This document shows, piece by piece, positions 17,401 through 26,649 of a stretch of 64,000 bases of DNA (its first letter is position 1; each line of letters begins with the position of its first letter). Source of the stretch: an uncultured Fibrobacterota bacterium (GTDB lineage Bacteria > Fibrobacterota > Chitinivibrionia > Chitinivibrionales > WJKA01); assembly GCA_964589825.1 (NCBI GenBank), contig CAZPUS010000010.1, positions 14,862 to 78,861 on the forward strand. Direction: 5' to 3'. Made by a program: the position numbers and the translations under genes. Below the pieces are notes generated by a model. The model had not been told where the DNA came from, searched no databases, and was given only the letters and a program-made list of their open reading frames with translations.

Positions 17401-18625
17401 GAGCCTTAATACAGAAACGTACATTTACTTTGGCGATCCGTCTTTATCGTTCACGTCGTATTCCTACTCAGCAGATCTCGAATTTACCAATGCCGACGGC
17501 AATCGCATCACTTTGGATACGGTACGTGCACTCCAGAGATTTTCTGTGAGGGGTCGTATCCGCCCTCGCAACACTTCTACCGAGTCCTTTGATGGTTCAC
17601 AATCACCATCCTATATTCAGGTGCGGATTTCCAACCCGCCCCGAACCGCCGGCAGAAAAGATGGTGGGACAAATCAGAGTATTCGTTACACACTCCCCGG
17701 TCAGGCGGTTTTTTCCGCACAGACCGAAATACATAACGACTCCTTCTCCATTCCTGTTTCCATCCCTAAAAACGTGGTCTACGACGTTGCAGGCGCCAAA
17801 TTGACTGCATTTGCATGGGATGCGCAAAGGGAAACGTACGCTGCAGGCTTTCGGGAGGATATCCTGTTTCACGGAACTGCGACCAGTCAGGTAAACGATA
17901 CTGCAGGACCGACCATTACACTCAGACCGTTATATTATAACACCAATCGTAACATGGATGGAGCTCTGGAAGATAACATAACTGCTTCGCTGCCGTTTCA
18001 GCTCGAAGTCACCGTATCCGATCCCAATGGAATAGACCTCTCCGGAACAGGTCCCGGAGAAGGCGTACAAATAGAAATTCCGGGTCTGCTCGGCCGTCAG
18101 AATATCAACGGCAAACTCCAACTCAGCAATGATGATTACAATACCGCCGAAGGTGTAATTGGCTTTGACAAAAACCAGACTGAACCAGGCACCTATGCCC
18201 TTAATGCGCACGCAAGCGACCTGCTCGGTAATGCAACACACAAAAGAAGTACCCTCGAAATTGTACCCAATGATACCCTGCGCATTACCAGGGTACTCAA
18301 TTATCCTAATCCAATGCGCCTTGATGCGACAACCAGATTTTTCATCTACACGTCGTCTCCATCGACACAATGGGCTGAAACATATAATTATTCTTACTCT
18401 ATTTCGGTATATACGCTTACGGGGAAACGGGTTTGGCACGCCACTCGGGATCGTGTACCAATTGTCTGGGACGGCAAAGACCGATTCGGCAACAAACTCG
18501 CTCCCGATGTATATCTTTATAAGGTAAAAGTGACCGACAAGACCACGTCGCAGATTGAACCTCGTACAAAGGAAAGTACCTTGCATAAACTGGTAATCGT
18601 TCCCCCCAAAACTAATTACCCCTGA
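14447..18625 (+). CDS. secreted peptidase C25 (gingipain family) with T9SS C-terminal sorting domain
   Basis: ORF 14126..18625 trimmed to ATG 14447 (MQMHHVSITTCLIALCLTLLSFQSESLAG, a signal peptide). The catalytic contexts are VNYFGHGG (His codon 17078-17080) and TSFSCKVGLF (Cys codon 17180-17182), which parallel gingipain NYTGHGS / DVACVNGDF. The C-terminus is LNYPNPMRL...SISVYTLTGKRVW...DVYLYKVKV, a T9SS/FlgD-Ig-like CTD. Confidence 0.85.
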   Translation: MQMHHVSITTCLIALCLTLLSFQSESLAGFTIVQKEQHRIVMQWHLDRYTVDTASHGATAHSFIQTSDCDILMQTSNGTVLPARSIALGIADEGALRISLRADRIHTRTLKYPPERTQDAETGHTSESVEEAGRAIASGSSQWHSGIEYSRIRGQRIAKFALQPFRHLPGTQRLMVLKHATVTITLPRAASRTPGNATRYPASVERLLKGLLLNYTEARQWRNDPAPSLAKRTARHSLPVKDMITFTVGDGNSGYRETTTEENGIYKFDHAFIRSFYPDNVVHMDRVALYAARRGEMDRHAPAPDSIPSHSIQIPLYPYDADGDNILDTEDFFLAYCSGASGWYYNESDSVFMFELDRYNNARTYWLGIDISSDPARIRTKSALDPFTGARTVSSTPHYTMLKKSVSLPSRRSFGSVDRIWQSISQNATMNITLPDITEEAEGEVFLYPDASHFNISAMYGADTLSTISTLMRPPPVSSPVSPTEWFRIPFLMNDINTLRLRNQSGNPAEVYSVTLQYNRTLTMKSDTQFSFFSVPESRIVRYSLDISGHDVDSLLLFKIDNSQQHTTLLDSSSLQYTESTVSWYDSGGQGIRYIALKKGACRTPRAGTHIARLQDSTLAVSHDEYIIRNLRTNTHQSDYCIITHRRFLSAATRLAHHKKTSAKFSNPCVVMTGDIYRQFSGGNIYPAAIRNFLSWAVHHWAVQPEYVLLLGNGNYDPKQTMSNEKTFIPAYHYHGRCSDNFFACVNKGETHNSSPDLFLGRITCSNAEEAMNAVNKITQLENPDSLQTVSAQAWRNNALLVADDDMQSTSIDHTSPAHYLSSERLGQQFYKQHPWINLSKAYLFEYPWNDIMEKPDAGQAIINAFNRGVAYVNYFGHGGPTMWSDEHVLTTLDLNRLNNKGKYPLVTSFSCKVGLFDKPDHESLTGALVNLADAGAGVGIASARDAYASSNEDLSLLFYSALFDTSGNYSAGAAYSHAVEKKISSLNTETYIYFGDPSLSFTSYSYSADLEFTNADGNRITLDTVRALQRFSVRGRIRPRNTSTESFDGSQSPSYIQVRISNPPRTAGRKDGGTNQSIRYTLPGQAVFSAQTEIHNDSFSIPVSIPKNVVYDVAGAKLTAFAWDAQRETYAAGFREDILFHGTATSQVNDTAGPTITLRPLYYNTNRNMDGALEDNITASLPFQLEVTVSDPNGIDLSGTGPGEGVQIEIPGLLGRQNINGKLQLSNDDYNTAEGVIGFDKNQTEPGTYALNAHASDLLGNATHKRSTLEIVPNDTLRITRVLNYPNPMRLDATTRFFIYTSSPSTQWAETYNYSYSISVYTLTGKRVWHATRDRVPIVWDGKDRFGNKLAPDVYLYKVKVTDKTTSQIEPRTKESTLHKLVIVPPKTNYP

Positions 18626-18694
18626 CCTCTCTCTCACTTCCCCTTCACTACTCCTGACTGTTACGATACGCACCAGGGATACAACACCATTTTT

Positions 18695-19669
18695 TTAGCG
18701 CCCTAGCCGTGATGCGAATTTACACACTAAATGATCAAGCCCTTCTCCTGTTACAGAGGAGATTACCATCCACCCCTGCGGAATCATCGAACGGTCGTCA
18801 CCGGAGAGCAAATCGGACTTGGTAAGTATATAGAGTAGGGGCTTTTGTACAAGGGCCTCACTATATTGCGCAAGCTCATTTCGCAGGACCTCAGCATCCC
18901 TTAGCGGGTCGACACTGGTACTTTCCACCATTATCGCAAGTATCCTTGTACGCTCTATATGTTTGAGGAAATTTAGCCCCATTCCTTTGCCTTCGTGTGC
19001 ATTCTCTACCAGCCCCGGGATATCTGCAATAACGAACCCTTTACTTTTGGGAGAATGGGCAACGATACCCAAATGAGGCTGCAACGTGGTAAAGGGATAG
19101 CCGGCTACTCGCGGATGCGCATTCGATACCGCCGAGATAAAAGTGGATTTTCCCGCATTAGGACGACCAACAAGCCCCACATCGGCCAGCACTTTAAGCG
19201 CAAGCCTGAGCGTACGGGATTCTCCCGGTCTGCCCGGCTCCGACTCCTCGGGCAGCGGATTGCTGCGGCTGCGAAGCGCTGCATTTCCCCGTCCGCCCCG
19301 ACCACCCCGGGCTACCGTAATTTGTTCGCTTTCACTGCAGCAGTCACCGAGCCGTTCTCCGGTCACTTTATCGTATACCAGCGTGCCGGCAGGTACACGG
19401 ATGATTATATCCTCGCCGTTTTTTCCGTTTTTATTTGCCCCGCCACCATGACTGCCACGCACGGCCCGGTACTTTCTTTTATAAGAAACATCCCGCAGCG
19501 TTGAAATATGAGGATCCGCCTTCACGTAAACCGATCCCCCATGTCCTCCGCTACCACCGGCGGGTTTCCCCTTTGGTTTGTATTTAAGCCGCTCGTATGC
19601 AAAACAGCCGTTTCCACCGCCCCCTGCCTCGACCTCTATTGTCGTCTCGTCTATAAAACCGCCCCGCAT
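18695..19669 (-). CDS. obg: GTPase Obg
   Basis: 324 aa. It has a Gly-rich Obg fold (GGGGNGCFAYE...GGSGGHGGSVY), G1 GRPNAGKST, G3 DIPGL and G4 TKSD. Confidence 0.9.
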   Translation of the reverse strand: MRGGFIDETTIEVEAGGGGNGCFAYERLKYKPKGKPAGGSGGHGGSVYVKADPHISTLRDVSYKRKYRAVRGSHGGGANKNGKNGEDIIIRVPAGTLVYDKVTGERLGDCCSESEQITVARGGRGGRGNAALRSRSNPLPEESEPGRPGESRTLRLALKVLADVGLVGRPNAGKSTFISAVSNAHPRVAGYPFTTLQPHLGIVAHSPKSKGFVIADIPGLVENAHEGKGMGLNFLKHIERTRILAIMVESTSVDPLRDAEVLRNELAQYSEALVQKPLLYILTKSDLLSGDDRSMIPQGWMVISSVTGEGLDHLVCKFASRLGR

Positions 19670-19795
19670 TGTCTTTATCCGGTGTTGATTTATCTAATGG
19701 ACAGTATTTACCTCTGTTCCTGCCCCATTATGCTCCTGTGCTGCTATGCGCCTTCCGGTAACTTACTCCATACCACGCATCGTCTATCGAATGCT

Positions 19796-20083
19796 CTAGG
19801 TATTTGAAGCGCTCTCTTTTTTGGATGATTTTTCACCTGATGAGGATCCTGCCGAACCTGTATTCTTTTCTGCTTTTGCCGCCTTCTTGTAAGAATCCGA
19901 ACGATAATCCGTAATATAGAAACCGCTCCCCTTGAACAGTAACCCTCCTCCTCCTGATATAAGCCGTTGAATACGGCCGCCGCATTCTTTGTTTTTACAC
20001 TCGGTGAGCGGCTGATCATTCATTGACTGAAAAACCTCAAAAACCTCTCCACATTTGTCACATTTATATTCGTACGTAGGCAT
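19796..20083 (-). CDS. FmdB-family putative regulatory zinc ribbon protein
   Basis: ORF trimmed to ATG 20083, with GAGGAG 6 nt upstream. MPTYEYKCDKCGEVFEVFQSMNDQPLTECKNKECGG is the CxxC...C..C FmdB signature. Confidence 0.8.
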   Translation of the reverse strand: MPTYEYKCDKCGEVFEVFQSMNDQPLTECKNKECGGRIQRLISGGGGLLFKGSGFYITDYRSDSYKKAAKAEKNTGSAGSSSGEKSSKKESASNT

Positions 20084-20118
20084 ACGCAACTCCTCTGCTT
20101 CTCAACAACGATAATTAT

Positions 20119-20475
20119 TCACGAGATTGTAATCCCGAATTTTCGGAAAAAATAATTTATGCCTGTATCATTCCTGACAATGCAGTGCGAGTAAGAAAAA
20201 CCCTCTTTTAAAAACGCATGGCTTCCCGGGCTAAAAAACAAAAACTCCCCCGATGTCAAGCCGAGGGAGTTTTTGCTCACATCACTTACACAACAAATGA
20301 GTATCCGCGAATCGACAGACTCGATTACCGCATGCAAGCCATTGCTTACATCTTTCAACGTATCCTGATTTTCATCATCAAAACTCCAGTTCGCAACCGA
20401 TGAAGTGTCGACTGCCGCATAGAGCATGCGAGTAATTACCATTACCAAAATGGTTGCTGCGTGTGCCACACTCAT
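20119..20475 (-). CDS. doubtful hypothetical ORF
   Basis: 118-aa ORF with no recognisable family. A perfect 10-bp terminator-like hairpin lies inside it (20240-20274), which argues against translation of the full length. Confidence 0.25.
   Translation of the reverse strand: MSVAHAATILVMVITRMLYAAVDTSSVANWSFDDENQDTLKDVSNGLHAVIESVDSRILICCVSDVSKNSLGLTSGEFLFFSPGSHAFLKEGFSYSHCIVRNDTGINYFFRKFGITIS
20240..20274. terminator. bidirectional intrinsic-terminator-like hairpin
   Basis: AAAAACTCCC (20240-20249), a 15-nt loop, then GGGAGTTTTT (20265-20274). This is a perfect 10-bp stem with an A-tract on one side and a T-tract on the other. Confidence 0.4.
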
Positions 20476-20623
20476 ACCTACAGCCCCAATTTTTTAAATG
20501 TATGGATAGGGTTAGACTATTCTATTATGGAAAACGCTTAATTTGGGTTTTAGCATTATTTTTTAGCAACCCATACGATAGCCGGGGGGCCATAATACAA
20601 AACACGTATACTATATTATATGA

Positions 20624-21718
20624 GTGAGTAATACTATGAAAGTGCCCGGTCTTTGCTTTATCAGAACAGCTGCAAGAAAATCGATACGCCTGCTGGCTAT
20701 TTTCTTGCCCTCGTATCGATTACACGCCCGTAACCGTCGTGTGGTATGCTGCGTTCACGGAGGGCTGGGAGACAGACTCATGGCATTGCCCGCGCTTCGA
20801 CATATAAATACACGTTTTTACGACTACCGCGTATCTGTGTGGTTTACAGGTGGCTCCCTGCCTGGAATCTGCGATGAATTCGATTCTGTTTTCACATGCC
20901 GTACACTTCGTTCCAGATTCTCGCTCCTGCTGATGTGTTTGACAAAACCGGATGTTGTTTTTGTGAACTCGACCGGAATATTCAGCATCTTTCTCGAGCT
21001 ATGCGCACTGCTTTCACGTGCGTCGATACGAATCGGTCCCGAAACCAATGACGTAAGAGCGAAACGGTTGTACACCCATCCTTACAAATGCGACCTCCGG
21101 TCTCATATTACGGCCATCAACGTACACGCGGTAGATACCACATGCAGTAAGGCACGCTACGGGTATCATCTGAACACGTTCGATACCGACAAAGAGAGCA
21201 CTCCTGCTCACGCCCCACGTATAGGCATTCATCCCGGATCGCACAAACACTATGCATACAAGCGCTGGCCCTTTGTCAATTATGTGCAACTTTTAACCCG
21301 GATTAACTCCCTGTATACCACAGAAGTACTATGCTTTTTCGGTCCCGATGAAAAAGACCTTTTTGTCCGAGCCCGGAGAGAGTGCCACCATGCATCTTTG
21401 CTATACGTACACCAACTGCCCCGGTTGTTCTCATCGATCGCCCGACTGAATCTTCTCATTACCAACGACACGGCCTACGGTCATGTCGCCGCTGCACTCG
21501 ACATACCGGTGATTTCTATTTTCGGACCAACCGATCCTCATGTTTGCGCCCCTGTATACCGCACAGGCAGGGGAGAAGTGATTACCGCCGGCAGCGCGTG
21601 CAGCCCATGCCATCAGCGCAGCGCCGGTTGCACTACACCTGTGTGCCTTTCTTCCATATCAGTAGACCGGGTACTTTCCAGTGTAAAACGCATTATCGAT
21701 TTGCCCTCACGTCAATAA
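20624..21718 (+). CDS. family-9 glycosyltransferase (LPS heptosyltransferase-like)
   Basis: 364 aa. It contains GDRLMALPALRH, IGIHPGS and the C-terminal NDTAYGHVAAALDIPVISIFGPTDP (GT9 D-S/T-G..H.A.A...P...FGPT.P). The start is GTG 20624 or ATG 20636. Confidence 0.8.
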   Translation: MSNTMKVPGLCFIRTAARKSIRLLAIFLPSYRLHARNRRVVCCVHGGLGDRLMALPALRHINTRFYDYRVSVWFTGGSLPGICDEFDSVFTCRTLRSRFSLLLMCLTKPDVVFVNSTGIFSIFLELCALLSRASIRIGPETNDVRAKRLYTHPYKCDLRSHITAINVHAVDTTCSKARYGYHLNTFDTDKESTPAHAPRIGIHPGSHKHYAYKRWPFVNYVQLLTRINSLYTTEVLCFFGPDEKDLFVRARRECHHASLLYVHQLPRLFSSIARLNLLITNDTAYGHVAAALDIPVISIFGPTDPHVCAPVYRTGRGEVITAGSACSPCHQRSAGCTTPVCLSSISVDRVLSSVKRIIDLPSRQ

Positions 21719-22964
21719 CCTTCTGTATTCTCATATCCATTGCCTGCTGGTCGGTGGCAAAAGCTGAAAGTGCCGCCGCATTCAACAACGAATCGAGTGC
21801 ACAACTGCCTTCCGCAATACGATGGCTCCATTTTTCGTGAACAGGGATTTTTCCATCGCCGGAGAGCACATCCCGCTCCTCTGTGGTAAAATCGGGGAAT
21901 AAATCAGCGCATCCGAATTCGTTGGTTCTGACAAGAAGATCCTCACAATACGGGGGTGGAAAATGAACAAGACTCTGTACCAACTTCTGCTCATTTTCAG
22001 AAATTTCCCATAATGTATCTGATCGTAACGCTTCGTGTTCGACTGTGGGAAAAAAGGATACCGGAAATTCACGATCTGAAAAATGCGAGATCACATCGGG
22101 TCTATAGTCTGCTTCAGCCTGGGAGGCAACATCGGGAGGCATTGTAAACACATCGATTCCGGCAAGCGCAGGCACCTGTGCACCATTTCTCAGACTTGCC
22201 GCAATCTGTAGTGCTTGTTTGCCGTGTGCCGCGAGTTTCTGCTGCGCCTTTTGACTGGCGACCGTGGCACGTTCTCCGGTATTTGTCCCTTCACCGAGCC
22301 GGTTTTGCACAATATACGAATTGATCCTTCCTAAGAAGACATTTACGTACGTTGGAGAAGCAACGGCAGATGCGATATAATTCTGCCGCGCACTGAATCC
22401 AAGTGTCATATTGACCGGGATCCCCTTTTCACGCACGATTCGTGTCGCAATGATCCCTTCGGGGGTAAGAGGAATCTTAATTATGAAATGATCGGGAGCT
22501 ATCTCATGAAAACGACGTGCATACGCCACCGTGGCTTCGATGTCCCGCGCAACATCGGTATGCAACTCTACACTTACGGATGCATTAAAATGTCTGGAAA
22601 GCTTCAGTCCATGAAGCGCATTCAGGATAAAACCGATCTCACGAATACGCTCCCGTGAATCCATGGAGCTAAAAAGCGCGACACTCTCTCTGATCGTGTT
22701 GTCGTAACGTCCCTTTTGAATTTCTTTGTTCAGGAGTGTATTATTTGTGGTGAGTGCAGAAAACCCGTTATTCCACAGCTTGTCCGCGGCCTCGATATCC
22801 CCGGTGTCGAGCCATAACCGTGTACCTGTGTTTCGAAGCGACTCCCAGAAAGGATCGTTATTCCCAGTAAAAGGCTGCTGCTTTTGCGCATTCGCTTTTT
22901 CGTGTACGAAATTCGCTATATCGCGATGAAGCGCCTGGTCGGGCATAATCCCTCCCTCTTCCAA
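21693..22964 (-). CDS. transaldolase-family protein with C-terminal extension
   Basis: 423 aa. It contains WLDTGDIEA, TTNNTLL and IIKIPLTPEGIIATRIVREKGIPVNMTLGFS, the context of the transaldolase Schiff-base lysine. It converges on and overlaps the GT9 gene by 26 nt. Confidence 0.7.
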   Translation of the reverse strand: MEEGGIMPDQALHRDIANFVHEKANAQKQQPFTGNNDPFWESLRNTGTRLWLDTGDIEAADKLWNNGFSALTTNNTLLNKEIQKGRYDNTIRESVALFSSMDSRERIREIGFILNALHGLKLSRHFNASVSVELHTDVARDIEATVAYARRFHEIAPDHFIIKIPLTPEGIIATRIVREKGIPVNMTLGFSARQNYIASAVASPTYVNVFLGRINSYIVQNRLGEGTNTGERATVASQKAQQKLAAHGKQALQIAASLRNGAQVPALAGIDVFTMPPDVASQAEADYRPDVISHFSDREFPVSFFPTVEHEALRSDTLWEISENEQKLVQSLVHFPPPYCEDLLVRTNEFGCADLFPDFTTEERDVLSGDGKIPVHEKWSHRIAEGSCALDSLLNAAALSAFATDQQAMDMRIQKVIDVRANR

Positions 22965-23669
22965 TTATTTCGTTTGAAAAGTCAATACCGAAACATCACG
23001 TGTATGCACCCCCTCCAACTCCCGGTCTACGTTGAGTCGGCAGTCATATACACATGAGAGATTATTGTGAGGTAAAAAAGGACGTTGCGCATCTGCAATG
23101 AGTACGCGTTTTCCATACCGGATATGTTGCATGGTAAGCCATTCAAAATGTGAATGAGCCACCGCTTCTTCGTAAAACATATCAGATACGAGCACGACAT
23201 CCGCATCCGCCGCGAGATCAATATTTGTAATGTCTCGTTCAGAATATTCAAGAGATACGTTGTTGTGCGCCGCATTGATTCGGGTCACATCCCGCGCAAT
23301 CGGATCGATATCATTTGCAACAACACTCGCTGCACCGGCCAATGCGGCGGCGATTGCCGCTGCGCCCCCGCCACATCCGACATCAAGTACACGCATACCC
23401 TCCACACACTCACGTTGGCGCGTTATATAGTCAGCCATAACTTCAGCAGCGGGCCATACCACACACCAGAACGGTATTTCACAAGTGTGGCCGTTCTCTT
23501 TTTCCCATTCATCCCAGAACCGATAAAAATCGGGGGCCTGATGCATACGAAGTGAAGGACAACGCGCTATTGGTCCCAGCGGGGCATAGTCTCTGAGCAG
23601 TTGTATAGAGGGGCTTTTACATTCGATCATCATGGCCGGCTTTTTTCTCGGCAACATCTCCTCTTTCAT
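22965..23669 (-). CDS. class I SAM-dependent methyltransferase (COG3897 / lysine-methyltransferase-like)
   Basis: 234 aa with SAM motif I VLDVGCGGGAAAIAAALAGA followed by an acidic post-I ANDID. Its stop abuts the start of the downstream gene. Confidence 0.7.
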   Translation of the reverse strand: MKEEMLPRKKPAMMIECKSPSIQLLRDYAPLGPIARCPSLRMHQAPDFYRFWDEWEKENGHTCEIPFWCVVWPAAEVMADYITRQRECVEGMRVLDVGCGGGAAAIAAALAGAASVVANDIDPIARDVTRINAAHNNVSLEYSERDITNIDLAADADVVLVSDMFYEEAVAHSHFEWLTMQHIRYGKRVLIADAQRPFLPHNNLSCVYDCRLNVDRELEGVHTRDVSVLTFQTK

Positions 23670-23723
23670 GTTACAGAATGAATCGCTTATTGCAAACCGA
23701 ACCGATAATTACACAACGTAATA

Positions 23724-24851
23724 TCAAAACGTTACCATCGCACTCAGGTCAATAATACCACCGGTGTATTCGTCCCCGTTCTCGTACGAAGTGCGAATCC
23801 ACTGGTATTCTCCCGCGACCTTGAAAAAATCGCTCAGCGGGACAATCACATCACCGTACACGGTAGTATTGTCTTCTATCTCTTCGGTCGCTTCTATAAT
23901 ATGTTCATTTCCGAAACCCATCACCACATGCAACCGGGTAAACGGCTTTGATATGACATTGAACCAGAATCCGTACGTCTCCGTATCCGCTCCTGCCAGC
24001 GTGAAAATATTTGCATCATTAAGGTTCTCTCCCCAACAGAATTCCCCCTTGAGTGCTAATAATTCGTGCAGTGGCAGCTGTGCATCGAGGCTTATGCCCT
24101 TTGTTGACGTCTCTATATCTTCTCCAAAGACCGCATAACAGCCCGAAACCCCGATCTCGATATTCTCCTCCACCGCAGCTCTTCCCTGAATCATCGGGAT
24201 ACCCGAGCGATTATCCGCCCCGAGCCAGTCGTCTCCTCCTCCGCCTTCTTTTGCAGCTTCTCCCATACTTGCCTGCACCAGTCCGGTTATGGGATCGAAG
24301 TCATGGGAATATCCCACCTGCAGCTGGGTTCGCCGGAAACTGTAATTGCCGTTATACCACATGTTGGCATTGGTGTTGTTGGTAACAGGATGCAGTGGCG
24401 AAAAGATATCCCACTGCTGCCCGAAACGCAGTTGCAAACCTTCCTGTACCTCAATCCATCCGTATGCCAGTCGCATACGCGGTCTGGCATTCGCATTAGA
24501 TGCGATCACCCAGAAATCGAGCTCCAAAAGAATGCCAACCGGCATATCCCGCACAGATCCTTTTCCCTTTAATCCGAATCTGCTGTGCTGAGCGCTATAG
24601 CTTATACCCGTTCCTCCGCTGTCCTCTTCTGTTGCGGTGGATACACATGTAATCGCAGGATATCCGTACGAAGCCACTTCGCCCTGCGTAACATAATACA
24701 TATCAGCCTTCACAAAACCGTAGGGGTTTACTTCGGGTTCGTTCGTTTCACATGCATAGAGCGCATAAATAATTGTTACGACGCTCATACCTGCAGCCAT
24801 CAAACAGATACCAATTCGCTGCATAATCACTCCCTTCGAGAAGGTCCTCAA
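23724..24851 (-). CDS. outer-membrane porin-like beta-barrel protein
   Basis: 375 aa with a signal/lipobox-like N-terminus (ICLMAAGMSVVTIIYALYAC). It has alternating aromatic/Gly strands and a C-terminal ...DLSAMVTF with terminal Phe, as in OM beta-barrels. Confidence 0.6.
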   Translation of the reverse strand: MRTFSKGVIMQRIGICLMAAGMSVVTIIYALYACETNEPEVNPYGFVKADMYYVTQGEVASYGYPAITCVSTATEEDSGGTGISYSAQHSRFGLKGKGSVRDMPVGILLELDFWVIASNANARPRMRLAYGWIEVQEGLQLRFGQQWDIFSPLHPVTNNTNANMWYNGNYSFRRTQLQVGYSHDFDPITGLVQASMGEAAKEGGGGDDWLGADNRSGIPMIQGRAAVEENIEIGVSGCYAVFGEDIETSTKGISLDAQLPLHELLALKGEFCWGENLNDANIFTLAGADTETYGFWFNVISKPFTRLHVVMGFGNEHIIEATEEIEDNTTVYGDVIVPLSDFFKVAGEYQWIRTSYENGDEYTGGIIDLSAMVTF

Positions 24852-24865
24852 AACGGTTATAAAAT

Positions 24866-25825
24866 TTATAGCTTCCAGAATTTTCTCAGCTTCTGTTCCG
24901 TAAGCGCCATTCGCCCTTCGAATTCATCCACGGTCTGAATCATGGAATCAGTCGACCGTTCCGAATACTTCATGTCATTGCCGTTAATGCCGTCAAGAAA
25001 ATTGAACAGACACTTGGGAAACACCTCGACATTATAGCCGCCTTCCAACGTGGCAAACATGGAAGAAAAACGGTTTCTTAAACGACACCCGAGCGCATGA
25101 TACGCATTCATACTTAATCGAAGCTCCAGCAGAAGATCGTACTGATGTGCATCGAACCCGGCAGATACCGCAACCACATCCGGCGCAAACTGCTCCGCCA
25201 CCGGCATAAGCCGATCGACCGCATCGAGGAATATTTCATCACCAGACCCCGGCGGTAATGCCACCTGAATGGTATACCCTTCTCCTTTCCCTTCTCCGAT
25301 GTAGCCCATTTCTCCCCCGCCCGGGAATGCGGGATACTGATGCAGCGACCAGTACATAACCTGGTCGGAGTGGGCAAAAAAATCAACCGTTCCATCGCCG
25401 AGATGGGCATCGAAGTCGAATATCAAAACCCGTTTACCCTGTGTAACAAGGTGCTGGACGGCTATGGCAAGATTATTAAAAATACAAAAGCCGCTGCTGC
25501 GGGAAGGAAATGCATGATGGCCGGGAGGGCGCACCAGTGCAAAATCGTGTTGCCGTGACGCCATTATGGTAGCACCTGCCGCATACACTGCAGCATCGTA
25601 GCTTTTTGGGGAAACGATCGTATCCGCATCGAGATGGGTAGTGCCGTTCTGACATGCATCCCGAACCGAATCGATATACTCCTGTGTATGTACCAGTGTA
25701 AGATAAGGCTCGCCGCTCTCGATTTCGGACACCGGCAGGTCACCACACAATTCGAGACGTTTCTTATTCTCCGGATGCATGCCCGTATCGTGTTCGAGAA
25801 ATACCGGATTATAAATTATGTCCAT
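24866..25825 (-). CDS. Zn-dependent deacetylase of the histone deacetylase/AcuC/AphA family
   Basis: ORF 24866..25864 trimmed to ATG 25825 (MDIIYNPVFLEHDTG). Motifs RPPGHHA, FDFDAHLGDGT and LEGGYN are present. Confidence 0.85.
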   Translation of the reverse strand: MDIIYNPVFLEHDTGMHPENKKRLELCGDLPVSEIESGEPYLTLVHTQEYIDSVRDACQNGTTHLDADTIVSPKSYDAAVYAAGATIMASRQHDFALVRPPGHHAFPSRSSGFCIFNNLAIAVQHLVTQGKRVLIFDFDAHLGDGTVDFFAHSDQVMYWSLHQYPAFPGGGEMGYIGEGKGEGYTIQVALPPGSGDEIFLDAVDRLMPVAEQFAPDVVAVSAGFDAHQYDLLLELRLSMNAYHALGCRLRNRFSSMFATLEGGYNVEVFPKCLFNFLDGINGNDMKYSERSTDSMIQTVDEFEGRMALTEQKLRKFWKL

Positions 25826-26033
25826 ATGCAAACAATCCCTTATGATGATACTCTGAAGATACAAAGATGCTTACGCTGCCGGCCTGTCATGCGGACATAC
25901 CAGTATGAATGTTCGATATGACCCATGATGGGATTAACCGGAATCACCTTCGACCGGATATGTACCGCATGCCTGGTATATACGGGAAGGCCATCATCCG
26001 GCCTTCCCGCAAAAAAATGTACAAATACGGGGG

Positions 26034-26636
26034 TTATTTCTTTACAGGACCGAGGGGCAACACCGTGGTTCCGTACACCTCGTTCAGAACCTGTGCAAGG
26101 GCCGCATATATAGCGGATGCCCCGCAGAACACCCCTTCCCATCCGGTAAATGTTTTGAGTGCCGCATTGCCGGTTGCATCACCAATGGCCAGCAGAAAAA
26201 ACAGGAGTGCAAGTGTAAAAAATACTACCTGCAGCGCTTTATTGATTCTCAGCGTACCGATAAACATCACGAAAGTGAAAATTCCCCACATTATAAAGTA
26301 GGCGATCATGGCAGATGTAGTGGCAGCTTCACCGAGCGCATGATTGGGCATAAGCAGCAGGCCAACCAGCGTCAGCCAGAACAGTCCGTAAGAAGTAAAT
26401 GCGGTGGTGCCGAATGTGTTGTTCTTTTTCCATTCCATGATACCCGCGATGATCTGCGCCAAACCGCCGTAAAAAATGCCCATGGCGAGGATCATCGTAC
26501 CAAGCGGATAAATACCCGCATTGTGTAAATTGAGAAGAACCGTTGTCATACCAAAACCCAGAAGGCCCAGTGGTGCGGGATTTGCAGTGGTATCTTTGAT
26601 TTCGTATACTGAGGCGTTTCCTTCCATTCTCCCCAT
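26034..26636 (-). CDS. satP: GPR1/FUN34/YaaH-family acetate/succinate channel
   Basis: 200 aa with six hydrophobic segments and the signature [14 protein letters not shown] near the N-terminus. Confidence 0.85.
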   Translation of the reverse strand: MGRMEGNASVYEIKDTTANPAPLGLLGFGMTTVLLNLHNAGIYPLGTMILAMGIFYGGLAQIIAGIMEWKKNNTFGTTAFTSYGLFWLTLVGLLLMPNHALGEAATTSAMIAYFIMWGIFTFVMFIGTLRINKALQVVFFTLALLFFLLAIGDATGNAALKTFTGWEGVFCGASAIYAALAQVLNEVYGTTVLPLGPVKK

Positions 26637-26649
26637 CCTTTCTTTATGT

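Noticed and set aside
25984-26008. Perfect 9-bp hairpin GGGAAGGCC-N7-GGCCTTCCC between satP and the deacetylase gene, considered as an intrinsic terminator
   Set aside because: On the transcribed (minus) strand the T-tract lies upstream of the stem, not downstream, so it does not fit the intrinsic-terminator pattern. It may still be an RNA-stability or processing hairpin.
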